From assembly GCA_040954595.2 (NCBI GenBank), contig JBECUI020000037.1:78805-142804 (forward strand): a DNA stretch of 64,000 bases, read 5' to 3'. The position numbers and the translations under genes were made by a program. The notes beneath the pieces were generated by a model. The model was not told the DNA's origin and did no database searches. It saw only the letters and a list, made by a program, of their open reading frames with translations. Source of the DNA: Balanoglossus misakiensis. Its lineage: Eukaryota; Animalia; Hemichordata. Shown here piece after piece: positions 1 to 12,800 of the stretch. The first letter of the stretch is position 1. Every line of letters starts with the position of its first letter.

Positions 1-2452
1 TTGTCCCTCTGAACATTGAATTCATATTGGTTACCTGAGAGGTGTTCCAGTTGTCGATATCTCCATTAAAGGCGGTTGCTCCATAGAACATTCCACTCAT
101 ATCTTCTACTCCTGAGAGATCAGGAATGTCGGTTGCTGCCATAGTCATGTTGCTCGCTCCGAAAAATGCGGCTTCCATACTAATCCAGCTTGCTGTTCCC
201 CACTGATCAATAGACTTCAGACGAGCGACTATTACTCCTGTTGTATCCGCCAATCGTATCCGCTGAAAACTATTGCTTATCTTGACTGTATATTCCCCTG
301 CTACTGCATAGACATGGCTTGCCGTACCAGAAATAACTTCCACTGTTCCATCGCCCCAAGATATCTCATAGCTTGCAGTATTGCCGTCCACTGGGATCGT
401 TACTTCTTGGTTTGCTGCTGTTGTCTCCCATCGTGTTATAAATAACGATGAGCCGGTATTCTCTATTGTTATGGCATCTGTTTCAGCCACTGTTGTCAAT
501 TCATTGCCGGCATTGTCCATAATATTCCCAAATTCGTCATTGATATACCAGATTGTTATTACTTCATTGGGAGCAACTTCTCGTGATAGGGTCAGAAGAA
601 TTTCGTTTGAATCTACTTGTGTTGCGACTGTGTCGACACTCAGTGCTTCTGTACTGCTGCTTGCAATGCCGAAATTATTGCCCTGTGCATCCCCTTGACA
701 CTTCAGAAAAGCGAAGAATGATCTTTCTTCCCACTGTTTCTGTTCTGCCATCTGTGATTGTTGGGGCTTGAAGATCGGATATTTATCAGATCGGCGGTTG
801 CGAAAAATTCGGCATCGGCACAGACGTCGCTTGTATGGTTACTGGTCCTAGAGCCCGTGCAGTTACCAAGGCACTGCCATCGTTATTATGCTCTATTCCT
901 GCTATTGCAGGATCATTGCTTGTCCAACTTATTGATGGTATTATGTTTATACCGCTAACGGTTGCTTGGAGGATGTGTGTATCTCCGATTGATATTGTCT
1001 GACTGTAGGGCGCTATCTCTATTCCGGTAACACCGTTACTTGAAAACTCTTTTGCTTCCGTCCATATAGAGGTTAATGTTCGATCCGCGGTATTTTCAGA
1101 CCGAATTTGTATCTGGTACTGCACTGCACCTTCCAGATTGGTCAGGGTATGTTGTCTGTCTTCCGTTTCTACAGTTGGTGCGCTGTTCCAGGTCTCTTCG
1201 CTCGGTGTGGGTGTGCTGGGAGGTAACGAATGACATAGAGGGTTGGTACACTGTTCCCATCCGTATCTAATCCTGCTTCTCCTGCATCCCAGCTTAGTGT
1301 CAGAGTCTTGATAGTTTTGTCAACTTCATCTTGACTATTGTCAAAGGATCAACTGGTCCGGGTGCGCTACTTGCTACTTGGTCAGTGCTTATCGCTGTCT
1401 TGCTGGTGTAACTCGTACTACTAGTGGTTCCCGCATCTACTGCTTCAGATTGTACAACAATGAAATATGTTGTTGCAGGCGCCAACGGAGTGTCGTCTTT
1501 TAATTGTCTTATCTGCACTTCATAGGGCTCGGGGGAAGAAGCAGGGAATGAGTGTACAAGATTCCCAGGTACTGCGATATCCAAGACAGTTCCATCTACT
1601 AACGATATGTAGACAGAGTAGCGGGTAGGAAGGGTATACCCTGGTCGTTTCTTCCAGGCGATACTGCATCCCATCTCAGTATAAATTTCTCTCGCAGTAA
1701 CTGATGAAGTCAGTGTTGCAGTGCCGACATTCACTGATGATGGTGGTGCTGTTGCTACCGGGGTAGCCGGTTCTATTGGTGTACTGAGGTCGTTTCCTGC
1801 TTCGTCTAACTGGGTAATAATTTCCACCCGATAGGACTGATCGACATTAGATTTGGTACGGTATAACGAATAAGGCCGGATGCATCGGGAGTGAGGTCTG
1901 CTACCGGTATGGTATATGGAGTTTCTTGCCCTGATTCATCTGTGAGACGAATGATATAGGAATGCACTGAACGGCCTACAGGATCTGCCTGTTGCCATTG
2001 GAGAGTAATGCTGTCGGGTTGAGTATCTGTTACTTCTATGTTTGATACGGCAGAACCGAGAATGCCGGTTTTAGCGGAAGTGAGGATACGACGATCGAGT
2101 AGGTACTGCCAAGCATTGTCCGGACTTCTATGGAGTAGGTGGTAGCTGGATCAAGGGGAACAGTGGTAAGGATGTATGACAGACCGGATTCGACGGAAAT
2201 AATAGCCGGATCGTCAGCAGGTATGTTCTTTTCGCTTATTGTGGCGTCATTGGCCTTAAGGATGATATTATATGTATCAGGTGCGAGTGTGGGGGGGCTC
2301 CATGTTATATGGATACTGTCCTCCGCAACAAATCGAGCAGCAAGGTTGCTAATCGGGGGACTCAGCACACTGCTGGTGCCGGTACTGTCACAAGAAACAC
2401 TAAACAGAGCAACAAAAAGCACCACTGATTTCACTAAGATTTTGGCAAACAT
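1..2452 (-). CDS. Surface lipoprotein, FN3/Big_2/PKD/DUF285 (BspA-like) copy A; 3' end runs off the window; split by several 1-bp indels
   Basis: GGAGG RBS then ATG at 2452, signal peptide ending LFSVSC. ORF fragments 2036-2464, 1300-1827 and 786-1124 align to copy B. DUF285 repeats begin near the window edge. Confidence 0.85.
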
Positions 2453-2486
2453 AAGATCCTCCAAAAGAGCTGCATATTCTCTCTAT

Positions 2487-2515
2487 ATATATAACATAAT
2501 ATATAGAACAGTCAA
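2487..2515 (-). promoter_or_regulatory. Putative sigma70 promoter of lipoprotein copy A
   Basis: Minus strand TTGACT (2515-2510), then TGTTATATAT 16-18 nt downstream; identical to the region upstream of copy B. Confidence 0.55.
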
Positions 2516-2622
2516 TGGTCGATTTTCAAGTATCTTTCAACAACAATGGCAGATGTACGTGTGCTTCTTATAAAAGTGTTTGTCATACAGCTTCATGCTC
2601 GAGCATGTTATCGTTTTGTGTG

Positions 2623-2734
2623 TACTTAAAATTATACTTAAAATTATACTTAAAATTTATGTATAAGCCCCGCCATCCACAACCCCACTTAATCAAGGGG
2701 TGGTATCAATAATTACCACAAAAAGTGGCTGTTT
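2623..2734 (+). repeat. Single truncated copy of the ~154-bp mosaic repeat, at the duplication junction
   Basis: (TACTTAAAATTA)x3-like tract, then GTATAAGCCCCGCCATCCACAACCCC...GGGGTGGTATCAATAATTACCACAAAAAGTGGCTGTTT; matches array unit 5. Confidence 0.9.
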
Positions 2735-2746
2735 TCCAGAATATCT

Positions 2747-5700
2747 CTACTGCACTGTGATAATAAATTCCACAATAGGGTTCGTTGGCCAACTGAAATC
2801 GGCACCTCTTGTTTGTATCTTTATGGTATATTCGCCAGCATCAGTACCACTATTGACATTCAAGGTCGTTCCGTCGGTAATGTTGAACTTATTGTTGTTA
2901 GTTGTAACATCTGTCGGCAGACATACTGCGGATGTACCAAATGTCCTGCAAGGACATTGTTCTGTGTTGCAATAGTCAGTGAAGTGCCTCTCGAAATGGG
3001 TGTCTGCGGTAATGTAATATACCATGGACCGAGGTCCTGACTAAAGGCGGACGCCCCACTAAACATATTACTCATATCGGTTACTTTTGATATGTCCCAG
3101 CGACTCAAATCTGATTGAAGGAGGATGCACCAAAAAACATATCACTCATATCGGTTACTTCTGAGGTGTTCCAGTTGCTGATATCACCATTAAAGGCACG
3201 CGCATTGTAGAACATGCGACTCATATTGGTTACCTGGGAGGTCTTCCAGTTGCCGATGTTTCCATTAAAGATGCTTGTATTGTAGAACATGCGATTCATA
3301 TTGGTTACTTCTGAGGTGTCCCAACTGCTGATGTCTCCATTAAAGGCAAGTGCAGAGTCAAACATGGAATTCATGGTAGTTACTTTTGATGTATTCCAGT
3401 TGCTCAAGTTCTGATGAAATGAAGCTGCATAGTAGAACATGGAATTCATATTGGTTACCGCGATGGTGTTCCAGTTGCTGATATCAGCATTAAAGGCACG
3501 TGCATTGTAGAACATGTGACTCATATTGCTTACCGCGATGGTGTTCCAGTTGCTGATGTCTCTATTAAAGACGGTTGCATTGTGGAACATGCTACTCATA
3601 TCAGTTACCTGAGAGGTCTTCCAAGTGCTGATATCCCCATTAAAGTTAATTGTATTGGAAAACATGTAACTCATATTGGTTACCTGGGCGGTGTCCCAAG
3701 TACTGACATCTCCATTGAAGGCACGTGCATTATAAAACATGTAACTCATATTGGTTACCTGAGAGGTGTTCCAATCTCTCAAGTCTTGATTGAAGGCGGC
3801 TGCAGTGTCAAACATCTCACTCATATTGGTTACCTGAGAGGTGTTCCAGTTGCTGATATCACCATTAAAGATGGTTGCATTGTAGAACATCCTCTGCATA
3901 CTTTCTACCTCTGAAAGATCAGGAATGTCGGTTGCTGCCATAGTCATGTTATGCGCGTTGGAAAACGCCGACTCCATACTGGTCCAGCTTGCTGTTCCCC
4001 ACTGATCAATAGACTTCAGGCGTGCTGCTATTGCTCCAGTTGTATCCGCCAATCGTATCCGCTGAAAACTATTGGCTATCTTGACTGTATATTCTCCTGC
4101 TACTGCATAGCGATGGCTTGCCGTACCAGAAATAACTTCCACTGTTCCATCGCCCCAAGATATCTCATAGCTTGCAGTATTGCCGTCCACTGGGATCGTT
4201 ACTTCTTGGTTTGCTGCTGTTGTCTCCCATCGTGTTATAAATAACGATGAGCCGGTATTTCTCTATTGTTATGGCATCTGCTTCAGCCACTGTTTCCAAT
4301 TCATTGCCGGCATTGTCAATAATATTCCCAAATTCGTCATTGATATACCAGATTGTTATTACTTCATTGGGAGCAACTTCTCGTGATAGGGTCAGAAGAA
4401 TTTCGTTTGAATCTACTTGTGTTGCGACTGTGTCGACACTCAGTGGCTTCTGTACTGCTGCTTGCAATGCCGAAATTATTGCCCTGTGCATCACCCTTGA
4501 CAACTTCAGAAAAGCGAAGAATGATCTTTCTTCCCACTGTTTCTGTTCTGCCATCTGTGATTGTTGGGGCTTGAAGATCGGATATTATCAGATCGGCGGT
4601 TGCAAAAATTCGGCATCGGCAACAGACGTCGCTTGTATGGTTACTGGTCCTAGAGCCCGTGCAGTTACCAAGGCACTGCCATCGTTATTATGCTCTATTC
4701 CTGCTATTGCAGGATTATTGCTTGTCCAACTTATTGATGGTATTATGTTTATACCGCTAACGGTTGCTTGGAGGATGTGTGTATCTCCGATTGATATTGT
4801 CTGACTGTAGGGCGCTATCTCTATTCCGGTAACACCGTTACTTGAAAACTCTTTTGCTTCCGTCCATATAGAGGTTAATGTTCGATCCGCGGTATTTTCA
4901 GACCGAATTTGTATCTGGTACTGCACTGCACCTTCCAGATTGGTCAGGGTATGTTGTCTGTCTTCCGTTTCTATAGTTGGTGCGCTGTTCCAGGTCTCTT
5001 CGCTCGGTGTGGGGGTGCTGGGGAGGTAACGAATGACATAGAGGGTTGGTACACTGTTCCCATCCGTATCTAATCCTGCTTCTCCTGCATCCCAGCTTAG
5101 TGTCAGAGTCTTGATAGTTTTGTCAACTTCATCTTTGACTATTGTCAAAGGATCAACTGGTCCGGGTGCGCTACTTGCTACTTGATCAGTGCTTATTGCT
5201 GTTATGCTTGTGTAACTCGTACTACTGGTGCTATCGCCATCGACTGCGTCTGATTGTATAAGAATGAAATATGTTGTTTCCGGTTCCAGCAGAGTTCCGT
5301 CTGCTAATTGAGTTATCTGCACTTCATAGGGTTCAGGGGAAGAAGGGGGGGACGTGTGCACATGATTTCCTTGCACTGCAATATCCGAGGCAGTTCCATC
5401 TACTAACGATATGTAGACAGAGTAGCGGGTAGGAAGGGTATACCCCTGGTCGTTTCTTCCAGGCGATACTGCATCCCATCTCAGTATAATTTCTCTCGCA
5501 GTAACTGATGAAGTCAGTGTTGGAGTGCCGACATTCACTGATGATGGTGGCGCTGTCGCTACCGGGGTAGCCGGTTCTATTGGTGTACTGAGGTCGGTTC
5601 CTACTTCGTCTAACTGGGTAATAATTTCCACCCGATAGAACTGATCGACATTTAGATTTGGTACGGTATAACGAATAAGGCCGGATGCATCGGGAGTGAG

Positions 5701-6258
5701 GTCTGCTACCGGTATGGTATATGGAGTTTCTTGCCCTGATTCATCTATGAGACGAATGATATAGGAATGCACTGAACGGCCTACAGGATCTGCCTGTTGC
5801 CATTGGAGAGTAATGCTGTCGGGTTGAGTATCTGTTACTTCTATGTTTGATACGGCAGAACCGAGAATGCCGGTTTTCAGAGGAGGGGACGATACTATTG
5901 GCAAATAGTTGTCGCCAACCATTGCCTGTACTTCTACAGAGTAGCTGGTAGATGCAATAAGGCTGTCCGTGATAAAGGTGTATCCCAGACCCGTTTCGGT
6001 AGAAATAATAGCCGGATCATTAGCTGGTATGTCCAGTTCCAGTGGCGGGACAACATTATCAGCAGTCTTAAGAATAATCTTATATGTATCCGGTGGGGGT
6101 GTCGGGGGGCTCCATGTTATATGGATACCATCATCTGCAACAAATCGAGCAGCAAGGTTGCTAATCGAGGAGGGTTGCATAGTACCAGCATCCCCACAAG
6201 AGAAACTAAAAAAAACCGTAAAAAGAATTAATGTTCCTGCTAAGAACTTAGTAGACAT
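2747..6258 (-). CDS. Surface lipoprotein, FN3 x3-4/Big_2/Ig-like/PKD/DUF285 (BspA-like) copy B, ~1170 aa after indel correction
   Basis: GGAGG RBS and ATG at 6258, lipobox FSFSC. Fragments 4588-6270, 4165-4554, 3105-4190, 2860-3108 and 2747-3025; the first three join using copy A's sequence at the indel sites. Motifs [14 protein letters not shown] (PKD) and 25-aa [21 protein letters not shown] repeats. Confidence 0.85.
3025..3900 (-). repeat. ~12 tandem 75-bp coding repeats (DUF285 / 25-residue surface-protein repeat)
   Basis: Repeated NMSxMFxxAxxFNxDISxWxTSxVT units in the translation. Confidence 0.9.
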
Positions 6259-6292
6259 AAGATCCTCCAAAAGAGCTGCATATTCTCTCTAT

Positions 6293-6321
6293 ATATATAA
6301 CATAATATATAGAACAGTCAA
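6293..6321 (-). promoter_or_regulatory. Putative sigma70 promoter of lipoprotein copy B
   Basis: Minus strand TTGACT (6321-6316) plus a TGTTATATAT -10-like element. Confidence 0.55.
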
Positions 6322-6428
6322 TGGTCGATTTTCAAGTATCTTTCAACAACAATGGCAGATGTACGTGTGCTTCTTATAAAAGTGTTTGTCATACAGCTTC
6401 ATGCACGAGCATGTTATCGTTTTGTGTA

Positions 6429-6537
6429 TACTTAAAATTATACTTAAAATTTAGTATGAGCCCCGCCATCCACAGCCCCCACCCATCAGGGGCGGTATCA
6501 ATAATTACCACAAAAAGTGGCTGTTTGCTTGAGGTTT
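6429..6537 (+). repeat. Single copy of the mosaic repeat between divergent lipoprotein genes
   Basis: TACTTAAAATTATACTTAAAATTTAGTATGAGCCCCGCCATCCACAGCCCCCACCCATCAGGGGCGGTATCAATAATTACCACAAAAAGTGGCTGTTTGCTTGAGGTTT. Confidence 0.92.
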
Positions 6538-6719
6538 ATCCATACCTTTTATAAAAAAATCTTTTTTTCTTAAAAAAGTGCAAAAAAATTGAGCAGCATG
6601 CAAGAATATTTTCACTAACATTACCCGGAGTGAATCTCCAAAATAAGACATATTGAGGCAGCTTTTCTCTATAATATCACATTTGCACCTCTCAAAAAAC
6701 TCCTCTTAATGAGTTTTTA

Positions 6720-6740
6720 GGGGGGGGGGGGGGGGGGGGG
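6720..6740 (+). repeat. Poly-G tract (G21) 21 nt upstream of a -35 box
   Basis: Direct count of G residues; the exact length is subject to sequencing error. Confidence 0.9.
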
Positions 6741-6761
6741 CTTCGACTTTTACGATTTTAC

Positions 6762-6790
6762 TTGACTTTTTTGCTGTTTTTTACTATACT
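6762..6790 (+). promoter_or_regulatory. sigma70 promoter of giant lipoprotein 1
   Basis: TTGACT-17 nt-TATACT, followed by GGAGG (6815-6819) and ATG 6825. Confidence 0.8.
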
Positions 6791-6824
6791 ATCTATATAC
6801 TTTCTTTTACGCTTGGAGGTTGCG

Positions 6825-9800
6825 ATGCGTTCAGTTCTTATTGCAACAACACTTTTTGTTGTTTTCTTTGCTTTTGTTTTTTCCTGTGGTGGAACTGCCA
6901 CTTCAGGAAATATTCCAGATCCTGTCAATGCACTTTCTGCACATTTTCGTGCAGGGGACTCTATTACCGTTTCCTGGCAAGCACCCACTACTGGTGAACA
7001 TTCTTATTCTGTTATCATCAGGGATCCCAATCAGGACATTATTGCCGAAGTAACGGCAACATCCCCTTCTCATACATTTGAAGGATTACTTTTTGCACCA
7101 AATACCATCTATACAGTAGAAGTTTCCACTGTTTCGGGTGAGTCTTCTTCTCCGGTCGTTCAAATCACTCTTCCCGCAACCGGTGATGTTGTTGATGCGG
7201 GAAGTACCGCTGACAACATTGCTACCCTACTGGGTAATAATCCTTCTAACGAAATTACCGTTACATGGGATGCACCAAACAATCTTGTACAACAGCCAAC
7301 CGGATATACTATTCATCTGACCCCAGCTGGTGGAGAAACACAAGAAATACTGATTGATGATGCCTCAAAAGTTAGTCATACCATATCAGGATTAGAGCCA
7401 CAAGTCGAGTATTCTGTTGCCGTAAGTGTACGATACAATAACGGACGATCAACCATCATCACTGCACCGGAACGCATTCAAACCTCTGTTGCACCATTGA
7501 CCATAACAAGAGATGTCTCATCAACTGCAATCAATCTGAGCTGGAACCCGATTGCTCCTGATTTGACATACAGTGTCTATCTCAGTACCGAAGCCCCTTC
7601 CACGGTTGATATCCTGATAGATGATGCGAACAAACAGGACGCAGCGATATTTGACTCGCTACTCAATGAATGGAGTCTATACATCGATGGTCTGACTGCA
7701 GCAATGACCTATTATATTACCGTAAGCGCAACAGGAGGGGAGATTGTTGAAAATAGCGGTATTCTCTCAATCGAAACCCAAGCATCAGGAGAGCGTGCTC
7801 CTGAGATTGTTTCGTCCATAACAAAGTTGCTCAGTGAAAAAACAAGAGGATCACTTGCATTCAGCTGGAAAGACGTGCAAGGAACGGACATAGATGGGAA
7901 CCATGTGCCAAGTATTTATACCGTACAGTACCGCAAATTCGGTACCACAGAATGGAAGAACGAGTCTGTTTCCTCGCCGACAAGTGGAAATCCGACAGTT
8001 ACCCTAACTGAATTGGATGAAGCAGCAGAGTATCTCATACGGATACAGGCAGTAAACAGTACCAACGATACTCTGATAAGCGGATGGAGCGAGGAAGTAA
8101 CGCTTGCTGCAAATGGAATCAAACCCTTTGTCATACAAGATGGAGGAGGCAATGCCATAGAACGACATACCATAACACTGGGAAATCAATACACACTCAT
8201 TCTTTCAGCAGGAACATTTGTCAACGTTGAGAATACGGAAGTTCGTTGGGCAAGTACAGATGAGAGCATTGTAACGGTAACGGATGCAGGAAGGATCCAT
8301 GCAGTAGGAAGTGGGAATGTCAGTATAAGTGCAACAGCCGGAGCAGATCCAAGCAACACTGATTCGGTAGTTATTACGGTTCCCCCTGTACAGATTGAGG
8401 GCATTGCATCAGCCCGTGCAATTACTCTGAGTTGGCACAGTGTTCCCGGTGTGCAGTATGAGGTTTACCGAACAAGCACTGCAAGCACGAGCGCAGAATC
8501 GGTGGTACAGCAAGCAAATCGAGTATCACTCACCCCGACAAGCAGTGACGGAACCGAGACAGTGACAATAGATGGACTCAATCCACAAACCGACTATTAT
8601 GTTGTCGTAACACTCATTGGTGGAGCAATCAATGAAATGAGTTCACTTCTCACGATAACTACGAACAGTGTTCAAGCAACAAAGCCCGGAGAAGTCAATG
8701 AGATTAAAAAGAATCTGAGTGAGAAAACGATAGGATCACTCACAATTACGTGGACACAAGAAGACCGACAAGGAACTAATACTACAGGAAACTTTGTTGC
8801 AAGTATCTACGAAGTGGAATACAGAAAAGTGGGAACAATAGACTGGATCAGTGCCCCCGTCGTACCGGTTGGAGAGGCTCTCAGCAGAACATTCAGTGGA
8901 CTTGATGAAACAGAGAACTATGAAGTCCGGATACGTGCACTCAATAGCAGTGATCAGACATTGGCAGGCGATTGGAGCGTGGCAGGACCCGTTCTTGCAA
9001 ATGGAATCAAACCCTTTGTCATACAGGATATAGACGGAAATTCGATTACAGAGCTTGATCTCGGTCTTGGACAGACGACGAGACTCAGCCTTGCAGCAGG
9101 AACATTCGTGAATGTGGCAAATACAAGGGTACTCTGGGAGAGTAGTAGTAATACGGTCGTAACGATAACGGATACAGGAAGAATAGCAGTAGTCGGAAGT
9201 GGCGAAGCAATAATTACTGCAACCGCAGAGGCAGACGACAGCAAGAGCGATACGGTACGTATTACTGTACCGAAACTCAATGTGCTTTTTACTTCTGCTG
9301 CCGGGTCAATTGTTCTCAGTTGGCACAGTATCCCGAGTGTCAGTTATGCAGTCTACCGAACAACCACGGTCAGTACGACAGCTGAGGAAGTGATACAGGA
9401 AGCCAATCGATTGTCTCTCTCCCCCGTTTCGAGTGAAGGCAAAGAGACGATAACCATGGGCGGATTAAGTCCACGTAGCACTTATTATATTGTGGTAACC
9501 GTAACCGGAAATAGCATAGATGAAAACAGTGAACTACTCATAGTAAGCACTGCAGGAGTTGAAGCAACAAACCCCGGAGAAGTCAATGAGATTAGAAAGG
9601 ATCTGGGTGTAAAAACGATTGGAACACTCAAAATTACCTGGACACAGGAAGATCGACAAGGGACCGATACTGCAGGAAACTTTGTTGCAAGTAGTTACGA
9701 AGTGGAATACAGAAAGGTGGGGGCAATAGACTGGATCAGTGCTGTAGCGATTGAAGAGAATCTCAGCAAAACACTCAGTGGACTTGATGGAACAGAGAAC

Positions 9801-12800
9801 TATGAAGTCCGGATACGTGCACTCAATAGTAGTAATCAGACATTGGCAAGCGAGTGGAGCGTGGCAGGACCATTTCCTGCAAACGGAATCCGTGATCTTG
9901 TTATCCATGATGCCAACGGTGCGGTTGCGACATTGACGGTCCCAGTCGGAACCAGTACACAGCTTCAGATTCCAAGTGATACTTGGGTCAATGTGGAGAA
10001 TAGGAATGTTCTCTGGACAAGCGGTGATCCGAGCATCATTCGGGTGAGCAATGGACTGGTAACAGCCTTATCAGACGGCAGTAGCACTGTGCAAGCAGTA
10101 GCTGATGCAGACGATACGAAGAGAGTAGAAATAACAATCGATGTTCCCGGTTTTGGAACCATTACTCCAAGGGTAACAAGGACAAGTATAGATTTTAACT
10201 GGGAGAGCATTACGTCTGTACCACTGACCTACCGTGTCTATCTCTCGACTAGTGAAACTGATCTTATCAGTGAAGGAAACAAACATACACCGACATTATC
10301 AGGAAATACCTGGAGTATACACATAGGGGGCTTGAATCCGGAGAGCAACTACTTTGCGATCATTACCGCAACGAGTATTGATATTTCGGTACAAAGCCCC
10401 GTATTGCCGATACGCACCGAAGATTCGCAGGCAGAAGCACCACCAAGTGTCGCAAATGTGGCAAAAGATCTGACAGAACAGGGATTGGGAGCATTAAAGA
10501 TAACCTGGGATGCGGTTCAGGGGAAGGATATTGATGGAAGTTTGGTTGCAAGCAAGTACAATATTCAGTATCGTTTGCATGGAACAACCACGTGGACAGA
10601 GGTTGATTCGGATACACCGAGCATTACCCTCAGTAGTTTAGCAGGTGCAGAAGAGTACGATGTACAAATCAGGGCAGTGAACAGTTTGGTTACATATTTG
10701 ACGAGTAACTGGTCTTCAGTGATAACTCTGAAGGCAAACGGAATCGGGAGCATTCGGATAAGCAAGGCAGATGGCAGTGAGTTAACCGAAGTGGATAGAA
10801 CCATATTAATTCCCAATACTCTAGCACTGTCAGCAGATCTGGTAGCAGAAAATATTAGTGATCGCGGAGTACAGTGGGGAGTAGAAAACGCAAATCCTAC
10901 TGTAGCCGGCGAAACGGTTGCTACCATAAGTACTGATGGAGTAGTAACTGCAGTATCATCAGGAACAATTGAAGTAACAGTCGTTTCGGTACTTGATACC
11001 AGCAAAAGTGATCGAATAACCCTGACTGTAGATTCGCAAGCAGAAGCACCACCAAGTGTCGCTAATGTGGTAAAAGATCTGACAGAACAGGGATTTGGAG
11101 CATTAAAGATTACCTGGGATGCGGTTCAGGGGAAGGATGTTGATGGGAGTTTAGTTGCAAGCAAGTACAATATTCAGTATCGTTTGCATGGAACAAGCAC
11201 GTGGACAGAGGTTGATTCGGATACACCGAGCATTACCCTCAGTAGTTTAGCAGAAGCAAAAGAATATGATGTACAAATTAGGGCAGTAAACAGTATTATT
11301 CCATCTCTGATGAGTAACTGGTCTGCCGAGGTAACTCTGAAGGCAAACGGGATCGACAGTATTCGGATAATCAAGGCAGATGGCAGTGAGTTGACCCAAG
11401 AGGGTCTATTCACTTCAAATACCCTTGCATTGCTAGCATCATTCGTAGCTGAAAATATCAGTGATCACGGAGTACAGTGGGGAGTAGAAAACGAGAATCC
11501 TACTGTAGCCGGCGAAACGGTTGCTACCATAGGCACTGATGGGCTAGTAACTACGGTATCACCGGGAACAATTGAAGTAACAGTCGTTTCGGTACTCGAT
11601 AGCAGCAAAACAGACAGGATAACCCTGACTGTCATTCAGGCACCTACAGCACCCACTGTACCACGCATAGGAACTGTAAATTTTGTAGCAGTCGATACGG
11701 ATGGAACGTACCGACTAACGGTTGATTGGAGCGAACCAACTGATCCGGGCATGCTTCTTGGTGGAGGACCGGCAACAATAATTGGATATACACTTTCGTG
11801 GGGAAGTGGACAGCAAGAGGTGGGAAATGTCCTGTCATATACCATAACGGGGTTAGACCCTGATACAATCTATAGCATAACGGTCATTGCCCGAAATGAG
11901 GGAGCAGAATCACCTGCATCAGTGGCTGTGCAAACGCAAAGAGTCCTTAATATACCGGTAGCTGACCTGCCATATTACGATCAACCCATTTCGAAAGTCT
12001 ACGGTACTGCAAGCGCATCCTACAACTTACAAAAAGATGCCTTGGGGGATTACCAACAAGCCAGCCAATGGAGGTATCAGCTTTCCAGTGTTACCCCACA
12101 ACAATCAGGATTTTCAGTTCAGGATTATGACAACGACCTATTACATTATAACCATGGACTCCTTAGTATAGCTAATACTGTTCCGGTGGGTATCTATCAG
12201 ATAGAGACGAGAATAACCCGTAACAACTATTGGGGAGAAATAATTGTCAACGCAGAGGTAAGAATAACAGCAATCCAGCTAAGCAATTACCGCATGGAAT
12301 ACGGACCCCTTGCCGATGCACGAGAGGGCGTTGCGCAATCCTATCATCCGAGTGTAAATACCATTCCTTCTGCAGCGGCTGCGACGTATAGCATTACTGC
12401 CCTTTCAGGTAGTCTTCCCGTTGGTATAAGCATTGATGCAGACGGAACAATACAGGTAGCGGATTCGCTTTTACCTGCAACATATCCGGTTCGGGTAACT
12501 GCAACGCCGACAACCAGCAATTATGGCGGAACACTTACTACCGACCTTGTTATTACTGTAGTGGAAGCAACTGCCATAACCGGCTCCATAAGTTATCCGG
12601 TTATTGATCATCCGTATAACGATGCAGATCCAAAAACCTACACGCCAACGGTGGTAGATCTGCCAAGCGGATTAACAGCCGATCTTTTGAGTTACCGTAT
12701 TACATCGGTACGCCGAAACGACATTGATATTCCCTCTTATGCAGGGATAATAACAATCGATGCAGCTGGGATAATAACAATAAGTACCACTGCACAAGCT

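Noticed and set aside
2623-2747. Classical integron attC site
   Set aside because: No clear RYYYAAC...GTTRRRY boxes with a long imperfect palindrome, no intI in the window, and the genes carry their own promoters.
4588-4615. Programmed frameshift or real stop at 'QPPI*' seen in both copies
   Set aside because: The two copies reach this stop through different indels, and their consensus reads through in frame ([18 protein letters not shown]).
6762-6824. ORF-track TTG starts at 6762 and 16183, and the MEDL extensions at 2464 and 6270
   Set aside because: The TTGs are -35 boxes or overlap the RBS; the RBS-supported ATGs at 6825, 16237, 2452 and 6258 give proper signal peptides.
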